Source of the DNA: Thermoplasmatales archaeon SW_10_69_26
GTDB taxonomy: Archaea > Thermoplasmatota > SW-10-69-26
NCBI GenBank assembly: GCA_003009755.1
Contig: PXUB01000023.1
Span: forward strand, 1-59,661
DNA: 59,661 bases
Direction: 5' to 3'
Part shown: positions 19,360 through 28,405 of the stretch, one piece after another
Layout of the letters: each line of letters opens with the position of its first letter
Position numbering within the stretch: the first letter of the stretch is position 1
Program-made: the position numbers and the translations under genes
The notes under the pieces: generated by a model
What the model was told of the DNA's origin: nothing
The model's input: the letters and a program-made list of their open reading frames with translations, nothing else
The model's database searches: none

Positions 19360-20484
19360 CTAGATTGGGGCGCCGGTGAGCGCCAACCTCGGGTACGCGA
19401 ATGTCCGGTTGACGCCGGGGGCGGAGACCAGGGCGCTATCCTCCGACAGGGCCACGTCCTCCCCGAACGCACTCACCAGCGGATCGCCCGACGTCCAAGC
19501 CTGTCTTAGCTCCCACGTCCCGCCGGCCTGCCGCTGCAACAGACTGGCAGCGTTCAGCGTACTTCCGCGGAGCACGGTCCCGTTCTCCATCACCAGATCC
19601 GCCGTGTGATCTGTCTCGTGTCGGTCCTCGAGGACCCATTCCCCATCGGAGGTCCGCCGGTAGAAAGCCAGATCCTGTTCGGCCGGCGAGATCTGGCAGA
19701 CGAAGCTCGTGACGATGCCCTCCTCCCCCACGGCCAGGTCCAGCAGGTACACCAGACAGCCATCCGGAGCCGGCACGGGAGCCGTCTGGACCCATTCGCC
19801 CTCCGCACTCTCCGTATAGGCCACGAGGGGTTCGAGTAGGCCTTCGAGTACCACCATACCGTCATCCATCCCGAAATCGTCCCGCGTCCCGTAGGGACCC
19901 TGGAGCTTTGCTTCCTTCATCCACTCCGAGCCCGAGCGATCGAAGACGTACACGCTCCCGGTCTTGTTCGGCGCCTTTGTATCGCCGGTGTCAAGGGCAG
20001 CAATGTGCCCGTCCTCGGCAACCACCTGCATCCCGAGGCTGCCTGCACGACTTGCAGGAGAGTCGGAGAGCAACGTGTCCGTGTGCGTCCAATCGCCTGC
20101 GCCGGTCCGCGTGTACACGAAGACGGCGCCCTGGGAATCGTCGAACAGCGGGTCTGCCACGGCGACCACGCCGGGATCGACGGAGACCGCCCAGCCGAAG
20201 GCGGAGGTGACGTTCGACGGTCGAGGGAGCACCCCGTCGTGGCTCCAGCCGACGCCGTCGGAGCGCTCGTAGACGACGACGGCGTCACCGTGCGTGGCCG
20301 CCAGCGTCGAACCGTCGGCGTCCATCCCCCGCTCCGGATACCCATACCGGTCCCAGATCTCTGTTTCCACCGCGTCCGAGGGAGCCGGAGACACGACCGA
20401 CGACGTGAGGCCGACGCTGGGCTGAACACACAGCGCGACGAAGAGGAGGACGGCGCCAAGCCTCGCCAAGCAGCGGTGACTCAC
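19360..20484 (-). CDS. Secreted FG-GAP-like repeat beta-propeller protein
   Basis: Signal peptide; SAFGWAVSV, QGAVFVYTR, TGSVYVFDR, AFGEDVAL repeats. TATA-like box at 20507-20513 favours the GTG at 20484. Confidence 0.7.
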   Translation of the reverse strand: MSHRCLARLGAVLLFVALCVQPSVGLTSSVVSPAPSDAVETEIWDRYGYPERGMDADGSTLAATHGDAVVVYERSDGVGWSHDGVLPRPSNVTSAFGWAVSVDPGVVAVADPLFDDSQGAVFVYTRTGAGDWTHTDTLLSDSPASRAGSLGMQVVAEDGHIAALDTGDTKAPNKTGSVYVFDRSGSEWMKEAKLQGPYGTRDDFGMDDGMVVLEGLLEPLVAYTESAEGEWVQTAPVPAPDGCLVYLLDLAVGEEGIVTSFVCQISPAEQDLAFYRRTSDGEWVLEDRHETDHTADLVMENGTVLRGSTLNAASLLQRQAGGTWELRQAWTSGDPLVSAFGEDVALSEDSALVSAPGVNRTFAYPRLALTGAPI

Positions 20485-21064
20485 GAGAGGAAACCCGAAG
20501 ATCACCGGTTAAGCGTTCTCCAACTACCTCCCGTGAGCGAGATCTCCTGTCCTCCCTTCATATCGATCTCGGGAGGATTCCTTTCCCCTGACCCCCAGAA
20601 CAAGCAGGGATTCATCCTCCTTCGCGAAGCTCGGATCGTTCATGACCCCCACGTCCCTCTCCAAACAGAGGATCTCGCAGCTATGGCGGAAATCCGTGAC
20701 ATAGGTTGTCGAATCCCCCACTACGACCCCTCGCTAGGAGCGAACGTTGCGTAAACGATTGCTGACCGTCACCTCGGCGACCATCGCCCTCGTCCCTGAT
20801 GGAGAACTGGGGGGACTCCGCGTTCCAACGGGGATTGGAGGACTGACTTTCGGCCCCTCCTTTCGCTCTCGGCAGGGCGGAGGACGCACCGAGACTGGGC
20901 CGAGGATCAATGGCGCCAAGCTGCGACGCCACGGATGTTGCCGAACGGGCACGGAACGAGCCCGATGGATCTTGGAGTGCCGCCTCCACGTGCGGCGCCC
21001 AACCGTTCGCCCCCGCTGAACAACGCCTTTGCGTCACCGCGTTGGCCCACGATGCGGTGGTACG

Positions 21065-21298
21065 ATGACCACGTTCGAGACGATCGAGAAGCACGAAACG
21101 GAGTTCGGGAACAACAACTTCGTCCAGGTGGCCCGCAAGATCGCCAAGGGCGAGGACGACGACTCCAGCACGGAGTTCATCTCGTTGACGCGCGGCTACC
21201 TGGATGCTCAGGGTTCCCGCCGCTACAAGACGAACCTCTCGCTGCCGCCCGAGCCCGACCTCGTCGGGTTCGTGAAGGACGCGCTCGAGGACGTCTAG
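21065..21298 (+). CDS. Small conserved archaeal protein, possibly PC4/Whirly-like nucleic-acid-binding
   Basis: FETI...FGNNNFVQVARK...EFISLTRGY...RYKTNLSLP: beta-rich pattern with a C-terminal helix; typical codon usage. Confidence 0.6.
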   Translation: MTTFETIEKHETEFGNNNFVQVARKIAKGEDDDSSTEFISLTRGYLDAQGSRRYKTNLSLPPEPDLVGFVKDALEDV

Positions 21299-21317
21299 GC
21301 GCCGGGCCCGGGGCGGC

Positions 21318-21869
21318 TCACGTCGCCCCGCTCTCCTTCTCTTTCAACAGCATCTCGAGGTAGCTGCGCCGCTCGCGTTCCTCCAAGCCCAGGTCCTCGG
21401 CCAGGGCGAGCACGGCCTCGCGCGCCTGCTCGTGGTCGCCTTCGACGACGGTCTCGATCTCGACGAAGGAGCCCAGGCCCTCGACCTCGTCGAGCACGAC
21501 CGTCAGGTCCGTCAGCTCGAACACCTCACGGTCCTTGACGACGCGGCCGGCGAGCTCGAACCCGAGCGCGGTCAGCACCTGTCGGGCGCGTTCCTCGTCT
21601 TCGACGGCGAGATCGATCTCCTCGCGCGTCTTCGTCGCCTCGTCGAGCTTGGGGCCCTTGTAGGTGATCTTCACCCGGGGGCCGGCCTGGCGGACGCGCA
21701 GGGCTTCGTCCGTGTCGGCGAACGATCGTTGGGGGTGGTCGAAGTAGGCGTCGGTCTCCCGTCGGTGGTCGATCGCTCGGGCGTCCTCGGCTTCGAGGCG
21801 CTGGCGCACGCGGTCGAGATCGTCGACGGGTGCCTTGATCTCGACCTCGACCGGTCCCTGGGTGCCCAT
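21318..21869 (-). CDS. cyaB: CYTH-domain protein (class IV adenylate cyclase-like triphosphatase)
   Basis: EVEIK (ExExK), DEALRVR, TYKGPK, KTREEI, GLGSFVEIE, RSYLEM. Confidence 0.9.
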   Translation of the reverse strand: MGTQGPVEVEIKAPVDDLDRVRQRLEAEDARAIDHRRETDAYFDHPQRSFADTDEALRVRQAGPRVKITYKGPKLDEATKTREEIDLAVEDEERARQVLTALGFELAGRVVKDREVFELTDLTVVLDEVEGLGSFVEIETVVEGDHEQAREAVLALAEDLGLEERERRSYLEMLLKEKESGAT

Positions 21870-21906
21870 GCGGGGAATCTACATACCCCCTCCCTGCTTG
21901 AAGTTC

Positions 21907-22572
21907 GTGGCTCGACGACGGTTGATCGCTGTCGTGCTCTTGGCGGTGCTGACCGGCGGGTGCGTGAGCTTGTCGCCGGCCCAGATCCCCGCCAGCTCGC
22001 TGGATGCCGGGACGGGCAACGGCTGGCAGGCCGACCCGGCCAACAGCACCGCGGTCGAGGGCGGATGGTTCTCCAAGCGATCCGTGGACGCCTACATCGA
22101 CCGAGCCGACGACGACCGCGGCCATCCCGGGCGGATGACGGTCGTCTCGCTGCGAGGCCTGCTGTCGCCCGACCGGGAGGAGCTGCGGGAACGCGTCGAG
22201 GAGCAGATCCGCCAGAACGCCGAGCAGAACGGGCTCGAGCTGGAGACGCAGACGAACGAGGGCCAGCGCGATCTCGGGAACGGCGCGCGCTCGTACTTCG
22301 TCACGTTCAACGCCACGGCCGCCGCGGAGGGCTCGGTGTTCGCCAGCGACGCCGAGGTGCGGTTACTGGGCGAGGTGTTCCGCTGCACCGGCGGGGCCAC
22401 GGTCGTCATCACCGGGTCGGCCCAGATCTCCTCCTCGGAGTCGGTCGGCGGTGTGGCGACGAGCGAAGACCGCGATCCGCGGACCTGGGCGGAGATCGTG
22501 CGCGACCCGGTGGGCACGGTCGACGGGTTCCGGGGGCAGGGCTTGGTCTACAGCATCGATTGCGGTGGGTGA
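21907..22572 (+). CDS. Lipoprotein of unknown function (DUF6517-like)
   Basis: ARRR...VLTGGC lipobox; acidic body. Confidence 0.6.
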   Translation: MARRRLIAVVLLAVLTGGCVSLSPAQIPASSLDAGTGNGWQADPANSTAVEGGWFSKRSVDAYIDRADDDRGHPGRMTVVSLRGLLSPDREELRERVEEQIRQNAEQNGLELETQTNEGQRDLGNGARSYFVTFNATAAAEGSVFASDAEVRLLGEVFRCTGGATVVITGSAQISSSESVGGVATSEDRDPRTWAEIVRDPVGTVDGFRGQGLVYSIDCGG

Positions 22573-22748
22573 GAACCGCTCACAGGACAACGATCGACGG
22601 TACGACGGATGCCGGTCTCCCCGGACGGCAGGCCCTGAGCCGACCGATCGACGCGGCAGGAGCCGATCCCTGTTAGGAGCTGGTGACGAGGGGGCCCGAG
22701 CTCGGGCTCCCCACCGCCTCCGGCGTCCCTTCGCCGGCCAGCCGGAGC

Positions 22749-23441
22749 CTACCGCGCTCCGACGGCGTCCTTGATGACCTTGTTCTCGGCGGCGGACAGC
22801 GTCTTGTGGACGGCGGCCTTCGAGACGTCGAGGATCTCGCCCAGCTCCTCGAGCGTCGTCTCGCGCGGCGTCGAGTAGTAGCCGAGCGCGACGGCCATCT
22901 GGAGAACGTCCTGCTGGCGGGAGGTCAGTTCGAGATCTTCGGGCCGTCCCGGTGCGGGGTCCCAGGGGCCGACGTTGAGCAGGTCGAAGCCCTCCGGGTC
23001 GAGGAAGCGGTTGACCTGCTTGGTGAGCTCCACGAAGGCGCGGGTATCTTCGGAGCTGGCTGAGACCAGCGTGCAGTGGATGTAGCCCTCCTGGACGACG
23101 AGCGGCAGGAAGAAGGCGTCCGCGCCCAGGGCCGAGAGCGCCATATGGAGCGGGTCGCCGTGGTCGCCGACGGTGGGCAGGCGGAAGGGCACCTCGACGG
23201 TGAGCGCATCCTCGCGCTCGGCCACGACGTCGTACTCGCCGTACTCGCCCTCGAAGTGACCTTCGACGAGCTCGCGGGCGTGATCGAGGTCGGCGTGAAC
23301 CGTGTAGAGGGCGCGTTCGATCCGCGCCTCGGGATCGGACCGGAGCGGGTTGATGACGATCATCGCGTCCGCGTGGACCTGCGTGAACGTGCACAGCACG
23401 TTGTCGCGGCCGGCCACGCGGAACGAGAGCTCGGTCAGCAC
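22749..23441 (-). CDS. HTH-10 (bacterio-opsin activator-type) transcriptional regulator
   Basis: C-terminal LTSRQQDVLQMAVALGYYSTPRETTLEELGEILDVSKAAVHKTLSAAENKV. Confidence 0.88.
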   Translation of the reverse strand: MLTELSFRVAGRDNVLCTFTQVHADAMIVINPLRSDPEARIERALYTVHADLDHARELVEGHFEGEYGEYDVVAEREDALTVEVPFRLPTVGDHGDPLHMALSALGADAFFLPLVVQEGYIHCTLVSASSEDTRAFVELTKQVNRFLDPEGFDLLNVGPWDPAPGRPEDLELTSRQQDVLQMAVALGYYSTPRETTLEELGEILDVSKAAVHKTLSAAENKVIKDAVGAR

Positions 23442-23668
23442 ACGCCGAAGCAGGCTTCGCGGGCCGATGGTTGTTTCGGTTGCCGGTTCCGCTCGGGGAG
23501 GGCTTGGCCAGCTCGGCACGCATCCCCGACCCTCGCCCGTTCGCGACCTCTACTGATTCATCCCGAGAGGGACGCCCGAAAGTTTAAGCCCCTCGTTATA
23601 CATTCACATGGCCCTGCGGCGGGCTGGCATCCGTTCCCGGTCGCGACCAGTGGCGCCCAGGGAGAGGG

Positions 23669-23869
23669 GTGAGTAGCATAGCTAGCGACGACGATCCGCT
23701 CCACCAGGACAAGCAGCTGAAGGTGAAGATCCCGCTACGCCAACACCTCCGGCTGCACTCCCTCAAGGTGCTCACCGGTCAGACCATCTCGGATACGGTT
23801 GCCGAGGCGGTGACCCAGCATCTGGAGGGGTTCGACGACCTGCCCGAACCGGGCACGGACGTCGATTGA
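23669..23869 (+). CDS. Small ribbon-helix-helix-like protein
   Basis: KQLKVKIPLRQHLRLHSLKVLTGQTISDTVAEAV; GGGGTG start context; TTTAAG upstream. Confidence 0.65.
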   Translation: MSSIASDDDPLHQDKQLKVKIPLRQHLRLHSLKVLTGQTISDTVAEAVTQHLEGFDDLPEPGTDVD

Positions 23870-23912
23870 ACACCCCGCGGACCGTCCGCGGGGTGTCTTT
23901 CGTTTCTCTTTC
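23870..23912 (+). terminator. 12-bp GC hairpin followed by a T-rich tract
   Basis: ACACCCCGCGGA-CCG-TCCGCGGGGTGT then CTTTCGTTTCTCTTTC, directly after the stop codon. Confidence 0.7.
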
Positions 23913-23990
23913 GACCGGCGGCCGGACGGTCTCCCCGAAGGGACTAAGGTGGGCGGAGCTCTCCTGCAAGCGACCGGTTCGGTGACCTCC

Positions 23991-24809
23991 GTGCTTCGGC
24001 GGACCTTCCAGATCTTGAGCGGTGTCGGTGAGAAGACCGAGCAGAAGCTGTGGCAGCGCGGCATCACGACGTGGTCGGACCTGCGGGAGGCCGGCGACGA
24101 CCGGTTGCCCGGCCGCGTGCAGCGGCGCCGCGAGGCCCACGAGGACCAGTTGGCGATGGCCGAGCATCACCTGGCCGACGACCACACGGCTCCGTTCGAC
24201 CGGTGGCTGCCCGACCGCGAGATCTGGCGGATCCTCCAGGAGGCCGGCGACCGCGTGATGTACCTCGACATCGAGACGACGGGGCTGTCCTACCCCGAGG
24301 GGCGGGCCACCGTCGTGGGCGCCCACACGGACGCCGAGGGGACCCAGCTGCTCGTCCGCGGGCAGGACCTGTCGAGCCGGGCGGTCCAGGACCTGATCGA
24401 CGACGCCGCCTGCCTGGTCACGTTCAACGGTCGCCGCTTCGACGTGCCGTGGCTGGAGCGCGAGTTCGACGTCTCGGTCGACGTCCCGAACGTCGACCTG
24501 ATGTACGCGTTCCGGCGCCTGGACATCACCGGCGGCCTCAAGTCGATCGAGAAGCAGCTGGGTCTCGATCGCGGCGAGGAGATCGACGACGTGGGCGGCT
24601 ACGAGGCGGTCAAGCTGTGGCGACGCTGGGAGCGTGGCAACCACGACGCGCTCGAGCGCTTGCTCACGTACAACGAGGCCGACGTCGTGAACATGCAGCC
24701 GCTGGCCGACATCGCCTACGAGCGGCTGAAGGCCGAGGTCTACGACCCCCACGAGCCGGACGACCCCCAGGCCCAGCAGGCCGAGATCCCCGTCGAGGAC
24801 GCGGGGTAG
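23991..24809 (+). CDS. RNase H-like (YprB / RNase_H_2) exonuclease with N-terminal HhH
   Basis: SGVGEKTEQKLWQRG, YLDIETTGL, TFNGRRFDVP, GGLKSIEKQLG, YNEADV. Confidence 0.88.
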   Translation: MLRRTFQILSGVGEKTEQKLWQRGITTWSDLREAGDDRLPGRVQRRREAHEDQLAMAEHHLADDHTAPFDRWLPDREIWRILQEAGDRVMYLDIETTGLSYPEGRATVVGAHTDAEGTQLLVRGQDLSSRAVQDLIDDAACLVTFNGRRFDVPWLEREFDVSVDVPNVDLMYAFRRLDITGGLKSIEKQLGLDRGEEIDDVGGYEAVKLWRRWERGNHDALERLLTYNEADVVNMQPLADIAYERLKAEVYDPHEPDDPQAQQAEIPVEDAG

Positions 24810-24861
24810 CTTCACCGGCCCCTCCCCAGCCTACAACTCTCCCCTGTGCGGTGGTCCTCCC

Positions 24862-25365
24862 GTGAGCGACTGGCCGACCGAAGAGGAGGATCTTCGCCCG
24901 CCGGTGCGGGCCTACCTCGAGGACGAGGGCTACGAGGTCCGCGACGAGGTGTGGATCAACGGCCGCATCGCCGACCTGTACGCCTACTGCGGGGACGAGG
25001 AACCCCTCGCGGTCGAGCTCAAGCTCACAAACTGGAAGAAAGCCGTCCGCCAGGCGCAAGCCTACCAGCTGGGCGCCGTCTTCACCTACGTCGCGTTGCC
25101 GATCCTGCACGTGCCCAGGGTGATGCGGCGCGCCCAGGACCTGCGCTCGCGCAACGTCGGGCTGCTGGGCGTGGCTCCGGGGACGGGCAGCGGGTTCCAG
25201 CCGGCCAGCGAGGAGCTCGAGCACGAACCCGGCGACCCGGACGTGCGCGAGCTCATCGAGCCCGGCGACAGCGACCGGTTCTTGCCGTTCCTCGCGACGA
25301 AGATCGTCGACGACGCCGAGCGACCCAAGCGCCGCGAGACGAAGATGCCGCGCTGGCGGCCGTGA
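24862..25365 (+). CDS. Putative PD-(D/E)XK-family nuclease
   Basis: DEV...RIADLY...AVELKL..WKKAVRQAQAY motif pattern. Confidence 0.65.
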   Translation: MSDWPTEEEDLRPPVRAYLEDEGYEVRDEVWINGRIADLYAYCGDEEPLAVELKLTNWKKAVRQAQAYQLGAVFTYVALPILHVPRVMRRAQDLRSRNVGLLGVAPGTGSGFQPASEELEHEPGDPDVRELIEPGDSDRFLPFLATKIVDDAERPKRRETKMPRWRP

Positions 25366-25452
25366 GGCCCGGCCCTCGGCCCGCTGGCGGGCCTCGGCCG
25401 CGAGCTCCTTGCCGTCAATCGTCGGACGGCCGACGAGGGACGGCCCCGGCGA

Positions 25453-26853
25453 TCACGACGCGGTGGTCTCGATCGCGTAGAGGCCGGTCTGCACGTCGGC
25501 GGCGTACGTCACGTCGCCGTCGCCGACGGCGTCCATCGTCACCGGGATGCCGCCCAGGTTGAACCCGAAGCAGCACTCGGTGCCGGGCCGGTAGCCGGTG
25601 TCCTCGTTCGGCAGGTAGGCGCTGACCACGCTCGGGTCGGCCCGCTGCTCGGCCGAGGAGATGTCGATCACCCAGCTGCCGGCGTGGTAGTGGGACAGGT
25701 GCAGGCGGCCCTGGTCGATGCGGAAGAAGTGCGCGCTGAACAACAGCTCCTGCGAGCCGGTCCCGGCGGGGTTCGTCCACGTCGACTCCAGGGTCGGATC
25801 GCTCAGGTCGCTGCCGTCGAGGATCCAGACCGGCGAGGGCGTCTCGTTGTGCCGGTCCTCGAACACCTCGCTGCCGACGACGATCGTGCGCTCGCCGTCG
25901 ATCCACTCGGCGTCGACGGTGTGCGTGTACCAGGGGCTGGCCTCGCCGCCCGGCGTCCAGCGGGAGACCAGCTCGGGCGCGGAGGGCTCGGAGACGTCGA
26001 GAACGTGCATGCCCTGGTAGGCGTAGGCCACGTACAGCAGGGGTCCGGCCTCGGGGTCGTCGATCGGCTTCATGTCGTGGGCGTAGGCGCTACGCAGTCC
26101 CCAGGAGGGGTAGTTGCCCGGGTTGTCGTAGTCGGGGACGTCGCTCATCTCCTCCCCGGCGTAGCCGTAGTGGCCGACCTTGACGAGGTCGGTGCCGGTG
26201 GGGGTGTCGACGATCTCGAGGATCTGGACGCCGTAGTTGAGCGCGAACACGTACGTGGCGCCGTCGAAGCTCTTGATGTCGACGGTGTGGGCGCCGCCGT
26301 CGAGCGGCAGGAAGGCGACCTGCTGGGGGTCGGTCCGATCGGAGGTGTCGAACAGGCGGACGCCGGCCTCGTCGTTCTCGGTGTTGCCCTCGGTGCCCAG
26401 GACGACCCACTCGCCGTCGTCGCTGGCGGCGATCGACCGGTCGCCGCCCAGCGCTCGCTCGTCGTGCCATTCGCCGACGACCTGCATGTCGTCCGGCGAG
26501 CTGACGTCGACGGCGTAGAAGCCGTGGTCGCCCTGCAGGGTGGACGAGGCGAACAGCGTGTCGCCGGCCAGGGCAAGGGCGTGCGTGCCGGAGGCGCCCT
26601 CGTCCACGAAGGAGAGGTGGTCGAGCAGCTCGGCGTTGTAGGCGACGTCGTGCTGCACGGGGTTGGCGTGGTCGTGGGCGTCGCCGGTGGCCGTCATCGC
26701 CTCGAGGGCCGCCTCGTCGGCGGTCCCGTCGGCGGCAGCCTCGCTGTCGGCGGGACCCGCGTCCTCGTTGCCGATGCAGCCGGCGGTCACGAGCAGGCCG
26801 AGGGCGAGCACGGCGAACAGGCAGCGCTTAATCGTCTCTCGAGGAGGGGACAT
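25453..26853 (-). CDS. LVIVD-repeat lipoprotein
   Basis: VTAGC lipobox; repeats FYAVDVSSP, VRLFDTSD, MHVLDVSEP, WILDGSD, WVIDISS; His-rich AHT/AHD/SAH motifs. Confidence 0.8.
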   Translation of the reverse strand: MSPPRETIKRCLFAVLALGLLVTAGCIGNEDAGPADSEAAADGTADEAALEAMTATGDAHDHANPVQHDVAYNAELLDHLSFVDEGASGTHALALAGDTLFASSTLQGDHGFYAVDVSSPDDMQVVGEWHDERALGGDRSIAASDDGEWVVLGTEGNTENDEAGVRLFDTSDRTDPQQVAFLPLDGGAHTVDIKSFDGATYVFALNYGVQILEIVDTPTGTDLVKVGHYGYAGEEMSDVPDYDNPGNYPSWGLRSAYAHDMKPIDDPEAGPLLYVAYAYQGMHVLDVSEPSAPELVSRWTPGGEASPWYTHTVDAEWIDGERTIVVGSEVFEDRHNETPSPVWILDGSDLSDPTLESTWTNPAGTGSQELLFSAHFFRIDQGRLHLSHYHAGSWVIDISSAEQRADPSVVSAYLPNEDTGYRPGTECCFGFNLGGIPVTMDAVGDGDVTYAADVQTGLYAIETTAS

Positions 26854-26858
26854 CGTGA

Positions 26859-27893
26859 TCACGTTCCGTTGGCGGTATCGTCGGTGACGGGCAGGTCGAC
26901 GACCTGGGTTCGGTAGGCGATGATCTCGGTCGCGGCGGCGCCGAAGCCGCCGGCGACGTGTTCGAAGGTCCACTCGCCGCCGGCCTCGGTCGAGGAGCCG
27001 TAGGCAGCCGTCAGGCCGCCGCCGACCTGGGTCACCTCGATTTCGGTCGTCTCGCCGGCGGGGTCGGTCGTCGTCTCCTGGTAGTGGCCCGGCTGGCCGG
27101 GGGCGACGTCGATGTTGCCCACGATCTGGGCGAAGCTGGCTTCGTCCTTGGCGTCGGGGACGGAGGCCGAGCCGGTGGGCGGGGCCGGTTGCAGCTGGAG
27201 GTCGATGGCGCCGACGACGCGACCGTCGATGAACTGCTCGCGGTCGTGGGGGACCTTGACGGGGCCCGCGTAGCCGGTGCCGTGATCGGTGACCTGCATC
27301 GAGGCGCCCAGCGGACCCTCGAGCTCGGTGATGGCGCGCTGGTCGGCGTCGTAGGTCAGGTTGACCGAGGTTCCCTCGCCGGTCATCCCGATCTCGGCGG
27401 TCTGGTCCGTCGTCGAGAGGACCTCGGCCTCGAGGTCGGTCTCGTACAGCGTGGTCGACCACGTCTGGCCTTCCTCGAGCGGGAAGGACAGCGCTTGGAA
27501 GGGCTCGCCGTGGACGCTGAAGCCCAGCGTCTGGGCGTCGATGGTGCCGAAGCCGGGGAAGTGGGCGAGGACGGCCGGGTGGGAGAACCCGTCGGCGGGC
27601 ATGCCGACGCGGTACCCGTTGCCGGTCTCACTGGCGACAATGCGCGTGATTTGGTGGGTTTCGCCGGTGTTCGCGTCCTCGATCTGGACCTCCCAGAACA
27701 TGCCGGGCGTCCACGTCGGCGGCTCGGACAGATCAGCCTCCTCGAGAGCCGCGCTATCGTTGGCGGTGTCTGTCTCGTTGCCTTCGTCGGCGGCGGAGGC
27801 CGCCTCCGCGTCGTCGCTTGCGTCGTCGCCTCCCAAGCATCCGGCGGCGCCGGCAGCGACGAGCAGCAACCCCAGCACCAGCGCTCGCTTCAT
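26859..27893 (-). CDS. Hypothetical lipoprotein
   Basis: MKRALVLGLLLVAAGAAGC lipobox, acidic linker, PTWTPG.W motif. Confidence 0.7.
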   Translation of the reverse strand: MKRALVLGLLLVAAGAAGCLGGDDASDDAEAASAADEGNETDTANDSAALEEADLSEPPTWTPGMFWEVQIEDANTGETHQITRIVASETGNGYRVGMPADGFSHPAVLAHFPGFGTIDAQTLGFSVHGEPFQALSFPLEEGQTWSTTLYETDLEAEVLSTTDQTAEIGMTGEGTSVNLTYDADQRAITELEGPLGASMQVTDHGTGYAGPVKVPHDREQFIDGRVVGAIDLQLQPAPPTGSASVPDAKDEASFAQIVGNIDVAPGQPGHYQETTTDPAGETTEIEVTQVGGGLTAAYGSSTEAGGEWTFEHVAGGFGAAATEIIAYRTQVVDLPVTDDTANGT

Positions 27894-28046
27894 CGGGCCC
27901 GCCAGCGCCGAGGGGGGTGAAGAGCGTTGGGGCACGGGCGTTGACCGGTCCCTCGGGCGAGGGACCCCGCGGGTTGGACCACCGGGAAACGCTTAAACCG
28001 GGGCCGCTCTTTCAGCCGCCACCCGGCCGGGGAGACCCGGTGCAGC

Positions 28047-28119
28047 GGGGCCATAGGGTAACTTGGCATCCTTGCGCCTTCGGGTGGCGTTGATGCCGGT
28101 TCAAATCCGGCTGGCCCCA
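28047..28119 (+). tRNA. tRNA-Pro(CGG), CCA not encoded
   Basis: Acceptor stem GGGGCCA/TGGCCCC, anticodon arm GCGCC-TTCGGGT-GGCGT, T arm GCCGG-TTCAAAT-CCGGC; TTAAA box at ~27993. Confidence 0.93.
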
Positions 28120-28240
28120 TCGTCCCCGGTTGCGTCCAAGCTCGACGAGCCGGATTTGAACGCAGTTCAAGCGAGAGAGCTCCGCTCTCGAGCGAGCACG
28201 TCCGAGCCCAGCGAGGACGTGCGGACTCCGGCTGGCCCCA
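28120..28240. repeat. tRNA-associated att-like relic
   Basis: Inverted copy of the T arm (28148-28161) and a 14-bp direct repeat of the tRNA 3' end (28227-28240). Confidence 0.7.
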
Positions 28241-28405
28241 CTTCTGGACGGCCGAAACCACAGCGAAGCGGCCCTCGAGACGCGCCAGCGAGGATGCGTT
28301 CGAGCCGCGAGATCGGCCCCGAGCCCTCGACTCGAGCGCCGGCGGTCTTGGGGTGCGTGGACGCGTTCTCCGCGGCCGGGCGCCCTCGCTTGCCGTTTCG
28401 GATGC

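Noticed and set aside
19060-20515. 9-bp direct repeat GGTTAAGCG flanking the FG-GAP gene as a target-site duplication, and a 12-bp match of 19056-19067 to the MITE TIR interior
   Set aside because: One copy is explained as the gene's TATA box and the other contains a stop codon. There are no TIRs or transposase, and the matches are too short.
20760-20880. Possible riboswitch or ncRNA in the long intergenic region
   Set aside because: Only short motif resemblances; no consistent stem set could be built by eye.
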